From a candidate division WOR-3 bacterium (lineage in GTDB: Bacteria > Hydrothermota > Tepidihabitantia > B3-TA06): 26,283 bases of DNA. Where the stretch lies: contig CBFGKC010000014.1 of assembly GCA_965649265.1 (NCBI GenBank), positions 38,095-64,377 of the forward strand, in the 5' to 3' direction. Position 1 is the stretch's first letter. Each line of letters starts with the position of its first letter. This document shows positions 1 through 7,933 of this stretch, in pieces. Both the position numbers and the translations under genes were made by a program. Under the pieces are notes generated by a model. That model saw nothing but the letters and a program-made list of their open reading frames with translations, was not told the DNA's origin and made no database searches.

Positions 1-28
1 TGACACATTATATTTCTTATACTATAAT
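1..28 (+). promoter_or_regulatory. sigma70-type promoter for the 111-1401 gene pair
   Basis: (T)TGACA-17 bp-TATAAT; the first T lies outside the window. Confidence 0.6.
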
Positions 29-110
29 AAACAAACGTTTATAAGTTCCAATTCGTGACCTTGAGTATGGGGTTATTAATGAAAAGATACGACAAGTAGT
101 GCTTTGACAA

Positions 111-1136
111 ATGCTGGATACGAAAACAATTGAACGATATAAGGTATGTCCAGGGGAAGAACTTTGTTCGCAATGTTTTTGGGCAAACAGAAGTGGTGGA
201 TATTGTGCAGGCTGCGACAGCTACTACCAACAGAATTGTCTCATGAGTACTTGTGATTTCAACTGCGATTCTTGCGGTGGTGGTAATCACACACCTACTT
301 TTGCATGTTGTGGGCGAACTGGAAAATTGTATCCTGAATGGAAGGAATGGTTAAAATCGATTTTGGAAACCCCTGTTGGGAACTATGCACCAGAACCCCT
401 TGAAATTAAAAACCGAGTGATACCTGTATTATGGCACCAAGAACCTCTTACTCATATGAACATACCTGAAGAGTTTTCGGAAGTTGAGGTATGGGCGGCT
501 CCAATTCGTGAGGTTTTTTATTTTGATGGGATGTTTCGAAGAAGAAATTTGAAGGAGTATTTTAATATACCCCAAAAAAAGAAGATAATACTCTCCACTT
601 TTGATTATGACAACTATCAAGAAAAGTTGTGGAAAAGAAGATTCCAGTTGAATCATCTTAGTTTTCAAGGATACGGTATAGATTACTGGTTTCCTGGCCA
701 TTTTTCCATTTATATGAATTATAGTAAACTATACCAATTTCTCAGTGCAAAACGCCAACAAATACACGCTCAGCTCACTAGAAGTCAGTTCGTTTGGTTC
801 GAACTAGGCCAAAACATCCCTCTTGAGTTTCTAAATCCAATTCGCGATGCTGCATCTGTTTTGATCTCAACTAGCCATATGAACGACAAGGACAGCCTGT
901 CAATATTGAAAAACGAAATACTGACTGCAGATGCATGGTTTCCAAAGGAAACTTCATTCTTCATAGTTGGAGGAACTCATATCTTACCCCCTCTTACAAA
1001 CAAACGAGCTTGCTTTGAAATTAATTCAAACTGGATAATGAAAGGAATTCTCGGTTGTGATCTTTCAGGTAAAAAAAGTGAACTATCCAAAGAAGAACTT
1101 TTAAAGAAAAACCTAAAGGAGGTTTTAAATGAGTAA
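111..1136 (+). CDS. Hypothetical protein: 11-Cys N-terminal metal-binding region plus DUF4417-like C-terminal domain
   Basis: 341-aa ORF with 11 Cys in residues 13-67. DNYQEKLW...FPGHFSIY...Q..SAKR resembles the DUF4417 pattern D..E..W...PDFS.Y...Q....R (recognised by eye). Confidence 0.6.
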   Translation: MLDTKTIERYKVCPGEELCSQCFWANRSGGYCAGCDSYYQQNCLMSTCDFNCDSCGGGNHTPTFACCGRTGKLYPEWKEWLKSILETPVGNYAPEPLEIKNRVIPVLWHQEPLTHMNIPEEFSEVEVWAAPIREVFYFDGMFRRRNLKEYFNIPQKKKIILSTFDYDNYQEKLWKRRFQLNHLSFQGYGIDYWFPGHFSIYMNYSKLYQFLSAKRQQIHAQLTRSQFVWFELGQNIPLEFLNPIRDAASVLISTSHMNDKDSLSILKNEILTADAWFPKETSFFIVGGTHILPPLTNKRACFEINSNWIMKGILGCDLSGKKSELSKEELLKKNLKEVLNE

Positions 1137-1401
1137 AGGCAGTCCAAGAAAAACAAAAACAAATCGGACTTTACCAATAATACCACTCACACCACCAGAC
1201 CCTTTTACAGGTGGTAAAGGAGGTGGGGCTTCAGTAGGCGATGGATCACCATCTGAAGCAAAAAAATGTGTTTGCGGTAACCCCAAATGTGAGAACTACA
1301 AGAAAGAAATCCCTCTTAATGAAATCAACTGCTCTGAACAAGTTTGCAAAAAGTGCAAACAGCCTTTAAAACCTGCATGGGTTTTGAAAAATAGGGGTTG
1401 A
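1129..1401 (+). CDS. Small Gly-rich, 6-Cys putative metal-binding protein
   Basis: Strong SD AAGGAGG and 8-bp overlap with the upstream ORF. GGKGGGAS is followed by CxC-x4-C...C-x4-CxxC. Confidence 0.7.
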   Translation: MSKGSPRKTKTNRTLPIIPLTPPDPFTGGKGGGASVGDGSPSEAKKCVCGNPKCENYKKEIPLNEINCSEQVCKKCKQPLKPAWVLKNRG

Positions 1402-1535
1402 TTTTTAATTCAACAATCCGGATAGCATACGACCGGGAAATCCGACTGTCTTGGGAAGTGATTGAAGTCTAAATTTCAGGCGGAAAACCCCCGAATTGCC
1501 CCTTTTTTGCCCCGAAAAATACCTCAAAAACCCCG

Positions 1536-1579
1536 TTTTGACCATCTTCTGACCATCTTTTGTCCCACTTTTGTCCTAC
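1536..1579 (+). repeat. Four tandem imperfect 11-bp direct repeats
   Basis: TTTTGACCATC / TTCTGACCATC / TTTTGTCCCAC / TTTTGTCCTAC. Confidence 0.8.
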
Positions 1580-1587
1580 TTTTTCAA

Positions 1588-1623
1588 CCCCACAAATCTG
1601 CTTCGCATATTTGAGGGGACCCC
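1588..1623 (+). repeat. REP-like hairpin, copy 1 (14-bp stem, 3-nt loop, ACCCC tail)
   Basis: CCCCACAAATCTGC-TTC-GCATATTTGAGGGG-ACCCC, 12/14 pairs. Confidence 0.65.
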
Positions 1624-1631
1624 GGTCTTGG

Positions 1632-1662
1632 AAAAAAAGAAAAGCGCCTAAGAGGCGCTTTT
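1632..1662 (-). terminator. Intrinsic terminator of the ssrA transcript
   Basis: Hairpin AAAAGCGCCT-AAG-AGGCGCTTTT (1640-1662), followed on the minus strand by a U-rich run. Confidence 0.8.
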
Positions 1663-1679
1663 AAGGTGTGTTACGGGAA

Positions 1680-2031
1680 TGGAGGCGGCGGGAATTGAAC
1701 CCGCGTCCGAGATGGTCGGCAGTCAAGGACTACATGGTTAGTCGTAATATTAAGTCTCGTTCCTTCGCTGCCTTACGACGCGGCGACTAGGGAACCAGCC
1801 ATCAAAAAATCCACTTCCAGCCGATGGCGCTCTGGAAATTTCACCCGTCCTGAATTACCCCGAACCTTATGCCGAACGGGCCGAACACAAGGCCGAGGAC
1901 GCGGCTAATTAAGCTGCGTAAGCGTAGCTGTTATCAGCAGTTGTTTTTCCTCTCGCAGGATTTACAAGGTCACGAGAGACCCTTGCCATGCCCTCTTGTG
2001 CGTCAACATCCCGTCGAAGCCGTTCGCCCCC
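1680..2031 (-). ncRNA. ssrA: tmRNA
   Basis: 5' GGGGGCGAACGGCTTCGACGGG pairs with 3' GGACGCGGGTTCAATTCCCGCCGCCTCCA, with the G3-U alanine identity pair and a T-loop. Internal tag ORF present; CCA not encoded. Confidence 0.97.
1909..1938 (-). other. tmRNA proteolysis tag reading frame ADNSYAYAA*
   Basis: Resume codon GCT after AAAACAACT; ends YAA-TAA like typical tags. Confidence 0.9.
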
Positions 2032-2162
2032 GAAAAAACAAGTAATCACTCTTACTCGTCCGGGGACCCCGCTAAATGAAAAATAAACTGCGGGGTTCCA
2101 ACGGCATACAGAAATGGCGTCGAAACACTCAAAGTGCATCAAGATTTCCAAAGAACAAAGTT

Positions 2163-2221
2163 ATTATAGGTGGCATTCATAAATAGTCAAGGGTTGACTG
2201 CGTCAATTTCGTTCCTATAAT
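2163..2221. promoter_or_regulatory. Back-to-back promoters for ssrA (-) and eam (+)
   Basis: Minus strand: TTGACT(2190-2185)-16-TATAAT(2168-2163). Plus strand: TTGACT(2194-2199)-16-TATAAT(2216-2221). Confidence 0.8.
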
Positions 2222-2317
2222 AAAACCTAAGCTTTTATAAAACCGATTAATAGAACATCGTAAGTCACCTCAGGTATTTACCTTACGAATTGTTGTTTAT
2301 AGAAAGGAGTGTTGTTT

Positions 2318-3568
2318 ATGAAGGATCCTAAACGTCAAAAAGCACTTGCGCGTAGTGAAAAGTTGCGTGAGCGTATCCAGGAGTATTTAGAAGTCCGCAA
2401 AACAATCCACACGGGTTTTGATGTAGTAGGTGATGTAGAGGCACGTAAGCAAAGGATTCTCAACGAATTGGGAGGTTCGGAAGAGCAGTGGAATGATTGG
2501 CACTGGCAGCTGGCAAATCGCATTCGAGATGTTGATACTCTCACCAAGCTCATCGATTTGAGGGAAGACGACCTTGACGATATCACAAAAGTTGGAAAAA
2601 CCTTTCGCTGGGCCGTATCTCCTTACTACCTGTCACTTGCCGACTTTTCGGGCAGATACGGTCCAATAAAGCTTCAGGCGGTTCCTTTGAAAGCCGAGCT
2701 TGCGGTTCCAGGCGGCAGCGCCGATCCCATGGACGAGGAGCACAATTCCCCGGCAGGGACAATCACAAGGCGTTATCCCGACCGTTTAATTATCCTCGTT
2801 TCTAATATCTGTGCAACTTACTGCAGGCATTGCCAGCGCCGCAGATTAATAGGTCAAAAAGATCACCACACCGACTGGAATCTTATCGAAGAATCGATCA
2901 AGTACGTTCGTGACAATCGTGAGATTCGCGACGTTCTTCTCACCGGCGGTGATCCCTTTATGCGTGAGAACGCCGATCTTGAGCGAATCATCTCGTCCCT
3001 GCGAAAGATTAAACATCTCGAGATTCTTCGAATCGGTACCCGTGCACCGGTAACTATGCCGCAGCGGATCACACCTGAACTTGTCAATATGCTTAAAAAG
3101 TATCATCCAATTTACATAAATACTCAATTTAATCATCCGCGGGAGATTACCCCTGAATCATCAAAAGCCTGCAACATGCTTGCCGATGCCGGAATCCCTC
3201 TTGGTAATCAGATGGTTCTTTTGAACGGTATCAATGATCGTTGCTCTGTGGTAAAGGCGCTAAATCAGGAGTTATTAAGGATAAGAGTCAAACCCTACTA
3301 CATCTTTCACGCAAAAGAGATCAAGGGCACCCTTCACTTCGTAACATCGGTGGATAAAGGGATTGAGATCATGGAGTTCCTTCGAGGATACACGACGGGC
3401 ATGGCAATCCCGACATATATAATCAACGCGCCGCACGGTTTAGGCAAAACTCCCATCCTTCCTGAATACGTGGTTTCAAGGGGACCGAATTTCATCACGA
3501 TCCGGACATGGGAGAATAAGGTTGTGAGATATCCAAATCGTAAGGAAATAGATATTACGCAATTTTAA
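2318..3568 (+). CDS. eam: Glutamate 2,3-aminomutase (KamA-family radical SAM/PLP enzyme)
   Basis: CATYCRHCQRRR motif, ITRRYPDRLII, LRGYTTGMAIPTY and GKTP. N-terminal extension (EKLRERIQEYLEVRKTI...RKQRIL) matches clostridial Eam rather than KamA/EpmB. SD AAGGAG lies 8 nt before ATG 2318. Confidence 0.85.
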   Translation: MKDPKRQKALARSEKLRERIQEYLEVRKTIHTGFDVVGDVEARKQRILNELGGSEEQWNDWHWQLANRIRDVDTLTKLIDLREDDLDDITKVGKTFRWAVSPYYLSLADFSGRYGPIKLQAVPLKAELAVPGGSADPMDEEHNSPAGTITRRYPDRLIILVSNICATYCRHCQRRRLIGQKDHHTDWNLIEESIKYVRDNREIRDVLLTGGDPFMRENADLERIISSLRKIKHLEILRIGTRAPVTMPQRITPELVNMLKKYHPIYINTQFNHPREITPESSKACNMLADAGIPLGNQMVLLNGINDRCSVVKALNQELLRIRVKPYYIFHAKEIKGTLHFVTSVDKGIEIMEFLRGYTTGMAIPTYIINAPHGLGKTPILPEYVVSRGPNFITIRTWENKVVRYPNRKEIDITQF

Positions 3569-3594
3569 CAGGGTCCTCAAGGTTGGATATTGCG

Positions 3595-5634
3595 CTAAAG
3601 ATCAATAATCATCCCTCCGAGTGAACGTATTACCTCTGTGTGAAATCCTTTAATCGAGTCTTTTGAAATAGTATAAATTCTTTTAGGTTGCAACCGTAAT
3701 CGATTGTTTAGGATATAGTTGATCGCCGTAGAGTCAACTCTTTTCGCCTCTGAAACAAAGACGACCTTTCTTGTTTTAGACTCTACAAAATAGTATGGTT
3801 TTGAACGTACGGCAAGGTCGTACTCAATTCTCGATGAAGGCAACTTAAGCATTCCCGCATGAGGCAGTTCATCAAGATTTTTATCTTTAATATTAATGAC
3901 TGATCCTATCCTTCCAATTTTGTAATACTTTATCATGGAGTCCAGCCCGCTCAAATCACCGGCTTTGTCAGATAGGCAAAGCACGTAATCTATATTACTT
4001 GTCTCTATGGAGTTAAGGTAATTTCTAACTGTCGACTCTGTCTTGGAACCCGGATTGAGAAGGATGGTGTGTCCATCCGATCGAAGCACTGCAACGTTGC
4101 CCTCGTAGGTATTCAGGATGGTCAGTGTCGGTTTTCGATCCTCAAGCGCCCACGGCCAGAAGCCGATATTGGCACCGAGAAGAAGGATTCCGAGAGATAG
4201 TGCATAACGGTATTTTTTTTCTTTTTCGGTATAAAGGATCAATGCGGCGGCAAAAAGGGCCGCTACAAGTGCAATCGGCCAGGATGCGGTTGGAGCTAGC
4301 TTTCCCGGAAGCAAGTGCAGAATCTTCTCAAGAAGCCATAATCCGGCGCTTACAACATAACCAAGAATTTCGCCCAGGGGTAACCAAATAAGACTTAATC
4401 CCATGGCAACGAGACCTATTGGAAAAATAAACGAAACAAGGGGTACGGCAGGAAGATTTGCAAGAGCTGATGAAAATGTGACTTGTTGGAAATTGTTTGC
4501 AATGAACGGCATGGTAAAGGCCGTTGCTGCAAGTGAAAAGGCAATTGGGGCAAGCACCCATTTTTTTAACCACGAAGGCACCTTTGTTTTCTTAAACATC
4601 CCGGCTGCTCCATCCAGCCAATCTGCAGCTAAGATAATGGCAAGTGTTGCGCTAAAGCTCAACTGAAACCCGATATCGAGTATCTGGACAGGCTTCCATA
4701 GAAGTATTGCGAGGGCGGCCAGAGCAAGATTGTTTAAGGGCAAGGTCTTGCGGTCAATAAGGAAACCGGCAGCCACCGCAAGGCACATTATTGAAGATCT
4801 GATGATTGATGCAGCAGGTCCGACAAGACCGACATAAACTGCAAGCAGGAGAACGAGAAGTGGAATAGACCACTTGCGTCCAATTCCGATTAATCTAAAG
4901 AGAAATGCCAGAAACGCGACAAGTACGCCGACGTTGAGTCCTGATACTGCTAAAAGATGCAGGGTGCCGGTTCGTCTCATATCGTAGAACAGATCCTCGG
5001 ATACAAGATCGGTCTTTCCCAGAAGTATTGCCGAATAAAGAGCTGCTTCTTTTCCAAAAATTTCATCGGAACGCTTAAGAACGCCCGCTCTGGCCCAGGC
5101 AAGCCAGGCGTCAATACCCCGGGGCGGTGATAGTATCCGCAGTTCATTCTCCTTGATGCGTCCGATTATTCCTTCACGCCCAAGACGCTTATTGCGATCG
5201 GGTAAACCTGGATTGCGTGGGAAGGAAAGGGGCTGTATCTCACCTTTTACAACGACCCTGGTACCCGTATCCCACTTTTTTGCTAAATAAAGAAGAACGC
5301 TTCTGCCTTTCAAGAATGCCGGCGATTCGATCAAGAGAACTGAATAACTACCTTCCCTTTCTTCTGAAATACGACCTTCTATGCGTATGGGAATTCCATA
5401 TACATCTGAAGATGGGGGAGGGGGGACGGATAAGGCGCCATAAGAAACGGCCAGCGCTAAAAGGCTGAGGTAAAGAAATTTTTCTTCAAAAAGAAATGCG
5501 ATTACCGCTGTCAATATTGCTGCCACAACACCAATCCACCACGGGTGGGGGATAAGGAGTCCGATTGCGAATCCTGTTCCAATGGTTAATGCACTTCTTA
5601 GAGCGGTAAAGCGTCTTGCTGAAAGGAACTCCAC
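3595..5634 (-). CDS. comEC: ComEC/Rec2 DNA-uptake channel with degenerate C-terminal MBL-like domain
   Basis: RNPG motif, GTLHLLAVSGLNV, RSSIM and GFQLSF, many TM helices. Start GTG 5634 inferred from the promoter position (ORF track TTG 5640). Confidence 0.9.
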   Translation of the reverse strand: MEFLSARRFTALRSALTIGTGFAIGLLIPHPWWIGVVAAILTAVIAFLFEEKFLYLSLLALAVSYGALSVPPPPSSDVYGIPIRIEGRISEEREGSYSVLLIESPAFLKGRSVLLYLAKKWDTGTRVVVKGEIQPLSFPRNPGLPDRNKRLGREGIIGRIKENELRILSPPRGIDAWLAWARAGVLKRSDEIFGKEAALYSAILLGKTDLVSEDLFYDMRRTGTLHLLAVSGLNVGVLVAFLAFLFRLIGIGRKWSIPLLVLLLAVYVGLVGPAASIIRSSIMCLAVAAGFLIDRKTLPLNNLALAALAILLWKPVQILDIGFQLSFSATLAIILAADWLDGAAGMFKKTKVPSWLKKWVLAPIAFSLAATAFTMPFIANNFQQVTFSSALANLPAVPLVSFIFPIGLVAMGLSLIWLPLGEILGYVVSAGLWLLEKILHLLPGKLAPTASWPIALVAALFAAALILYTEKEKKYRYALSLGILLLGANIGFWPWALEDRKPTLTILNTYEGNVAVLRSDGHTILLNPGSKTESTVRNYLNSIETSNIDYVLCLSDKAGDLSGLDSMIKYYKIGRIGSVINIKDKNLDELPHAGMLKLPSSRIEYDLAVRSKPYYFVESKTRKVVFVSEAKRVDSTAINYILNNRLRLQPKRIYTISKDSIKGFHTEVIRSLGGMIIDL

Positions 5635-5639
5635 CGCCA

Positions 5640-5712
5640 AGGATATTCACAAATGTGTACCAAGTCAACAGGGGGTTTCCTCGCTTGACTTTTTTCGTCA
5701 ATCAACTAAACT
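5640..5712. promoter_or_regulatory. Divergent promoters for comEC (-) and the 5749 gene (+)
   Basis: Minus strand: TTGACT(5668-5663)-17-TATCCT(5645-5640). Plus strand: TTGACT(5685-5690)-16-TAAACT(5707-5712). Confidence 0.7.
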
Positions 5713-5748
5713 AAACAGGCAATTTTAAAAACTACAGGAGCCATCTCT

Positions 5749-7827
5749 ATGAATTTATTTGCAATTTTATCGCTATTTTGTACGCCGGGACAAGGGGGAA
5801 CCTGGAGTGTTAACGCCGATGAAGCGTGGAAAAATCTTACCGACCAGGCATACTCCAGGCCTCTTTCCCTTAAAACGGTTTCGTCTTTTTCCGCAGCTGG
5901 CGAGTCACGTTTTTCTTTATTCCTTCCGCATGGCACCGGGCTGGTTCTTAAGTGTGATCCTGCCACGTTAACGGTATCTGATACGTTGGCCCCCAATTAC
6001 GGCTTGACTGTTGATGCTGAAAGGGCAATCGAGAAGTCTCCTTCATGGTTACGGTTTGACCTTGTGGATAATCTCCTGCAGCTCGATGCTTCAATACAAA
6101 ATACCCTTGCGGATATGATTCTTAATCCCTCTGACCCGAGATTACGCGACGAGATAGCATTTCAGGTCGCTCACATTTCGCCTTCTCATCTCAGAGTTAT
6201 CAATCTGGATGTGATAAAGCAGAACGTCGATTCTCTCTACGCGATAGATAATGAACTTGAATACGCAAAAATAATCGACTACGGTAATCCGGACGAGGAC
6301 TCAAATTATTATTCGACAATACGATACAAGATTCTTAAGGACGGCGCTACACTGAGCTGTGAAATTCCCAGGGAGGTCTACTACTGGTACGTTATTCACC
6401 CAAGGGGCACCGATGAAACCCCGTCCATTATCTATGACAAGTTCTGGAGGGAGTACTTATATTACGATGACGGCACAACGTCCTATACGGAAGAGGGTAA
6501 ATATCCCTTGCTTCGAGACGTTCTTGATACAGTAGAATTTGCTTGGGAGGTAAAACCACAAAGCTCTGGTGGTGGAGCCGTTGCCGCGGTCTACAACTGG
6601 GTAAACGGGGTAGTCAAATGGGGAGCAACAGGCAACAGACCCATTCAGCCGAATCAAATTGCCACAGACCATGACGGAAACTGCGGCGAATTCCAGGATA
6701 TTACATGGGCCGGTGGCCGAACGGCCCTGATTCCCACGGTTGGTGTTCTCGATATAAATGAGGATCATGTCTGGTGTACCATGTGGCAATCAGAGAGCTA
6801 CGAGTCCCCGATTGAAACCGCCTGGCGACCTGATTCCGCGGGTGCTTTTGACAAGGATCACGGAGGAGGAGAGAAATACTGCTCCATGATCTGGCAATGG
6901 CGGGGTGACGGTTACCAGGAGAGTCGTATTCAGGATTACTCCAATTCCTGCACTTTAACGGTCAAAATCACAGATCCGGAAGGTGTTCCTTTGTCTAACA
7001 TGAATGCTGAATTGGACAGTGAAGGCTGGATGAGTACGACGAATGTACGGGGATTATCGGGCATAACAAACAGGGATGGTCTGTTCGTTATTCCGGTCGG
7101 CGAAGAGCAGAATTATTACCTGAAGGTGATATGGAAGAATTTTGGGCTGGTAGTCGACTCGGCATCATCAACTGCGGGAGAGAACATTGTCATTGAACGT
7201 ACGATCAATACCGACTATCTTCCGAAACCGAAGAATCTGGATGGCATCAACAAGTTCCAGCATTTTTCTATTGAGGGCGAACTTGATACGCTTCTTCCGT
7301 TGCCTGCTGAACCTTGTTACCTTGTTTTCTTCAACAATCACGCACAGATGGGCGAGGTAATCTCGGGTTCGGTATCGGTATCCGCTTTAGGGATTTCACT
7401 TTCAGTTGACGCCGAATACGATTTAGGGCACTGTGCTACTCATTCTTACGAATCGACTTCTTCAGCATCCACTCTTAAATTTGCACCCGGGGAGTTGACG
7501 GATTTCTTCACCACCGACTTGCATGGAGTCTACACCCTGGGTGTTTCTGACGCGTGTCCGCCCCGGTCCCCGGAATTGAGCCTGAATGTAAAACCAATCA
7601 ACGCTTCGGGCGCTGTTGATTTCGAAATTACGGGAGCCAAAGAATCCATAAGGCTTTCGATTTTTGACATTTCGGGCCGTACGGTTTATTCTGCGTTCGC
7701 AAGACCGAATTCTGACGGCGCGGCTCATTTGTCCTGGGTCGAAAATCGCAAGCCTGCAGGAGTATACTTTGCAAGGATAGAATCCTCGGGGATTTTTTCG
7801 GTAGCAAAGTTTGTAATTACTCAATGA
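5749..7827 (+). CDS. Secreted transglutaminase-like (Cys-His) protein with T9SS-A/FlgD-like C-terminal domain
   Basis: SD AGGAG and a hydrophobic N-terminus. GNCGE...HVW motif, Ig-like segment, and C-terminal SIFDISGRTV...PAGVYFARI...KFVI. Confidence 0.7.
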   Translation: MNLFAILSLFCTPGQGGTWSVNADEAWKNLTDQAYSRPLSLKTVSSFSAAGESRFSLFLPHGTGLVLKCDPATLTVSDTLAPNYGLTVDAERAIEKSPSWLRFDLVDNLLQLDASIQNTLADMILNPSDPRLRDEIAFQVAHISPSHLRVINLDVIKQNVDSLYAIDNELEYAKIIDYGNPDEDSNYYSTIRYKILKDGATLSCEIPREVYYWYVIHPRGTDETPSIIYDKFWREYLYYDDGTTSYTEEGKYPLLRDVLDTVEFAWEVKPQSSGGGAVAAVYNWVNGVVKWGATGNRPIQPNQIATDHDGNCGEFQDITWAGGRTALIPTVGVLDINEDHVWCTMWQSESYESPIETAWRPDSAGAFDKDHGGGEKYCSMIWQWRGDGYQESRIQDYSNSCTLTVKITDPEGVPLSNMNAELDSEGWMSTTNVRGLSGITNRDGLFVIPVGEEQNYYLKVIWKNFGLVVDSASSTAGENIVIERTINTDYLPKPKNLDGINKFQHFSIEGELDTLLPLPAEPCYLVFFNNHAQMGEVISGSVSVSALGISLSVDAEYDLGHCATHSYESTSSASTLKFAPGELTDFFTTDLHGVYTLGVSDACPPRSPELSLNVKPINASGAVDFEITGAKESIRLSIFDISGRTVYSAFARPNSDGAAHLSWVENRKPAGVYFARIESSGIFSVAKFVITQ

Positions 7828-7867
7828 TTCTTGGCCGATTTAGAGGAACTTGCTCATATTATCTATA

Positions 7868-7896
7868 TTGACAACTATGAACCATAAGCGTATAGT
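7868..7896 (+). promoter_or_regulatory. sigma70-type promoter
   Basis: TTGACA-17-TATAGT upstream of SD GGAGG and GTG 7934. Confidence 0.7.
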
Positions 7897-7933
7897 AAAC
7901 GTTGAAATTAAATCCAATTGCTGGAGGTTTTTA

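Larger units (their letters stand above)
1..1623. mobile_element. Putative end of a genomic island adjacent to the ssrA 3' end
   Basis: Visibly AT-richer than the core genes (17/60 GC at 541-600 vs 38/60 at 13861-13920). Carries only orphan-like genes and 4x11-bp direct repeats, and abuts the tmRNA 3' end. No integrase or att duplication is visible in the window. Confidence 0.4.

Noticed and set aside
252-275. Calling ORF 111-1136 a radical SAM enzyme because of CDFNCDSC
   Set aside because: The motif lacks the usual aromatic residue before the last Cys, sits within an 11-Cys cluster, and no GGEP-like motif follows at the expected distance; left as an unassigned metal site.
1909-2151. 80-aa ORF on the minus strand
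   Set aside because: Only the last 9 codons are meaningful (tmRNA tag); the rest runs through the tmRNA 5' domain and leader.
2318-3568. Lysine 2,3-aminomutase (kamA/ablA) or EpmB annotation
   Set aside because: The N-terminal extension and motifs fit Eam better, and no partner genes for those pathways are adjacent.
7850-7933. N-terminal extensions in the ORF track (7850, also 11633 and 12625)
   Set aside because: They span the predicted promoters; downstream starts give proper signal peptides or family N-termini.
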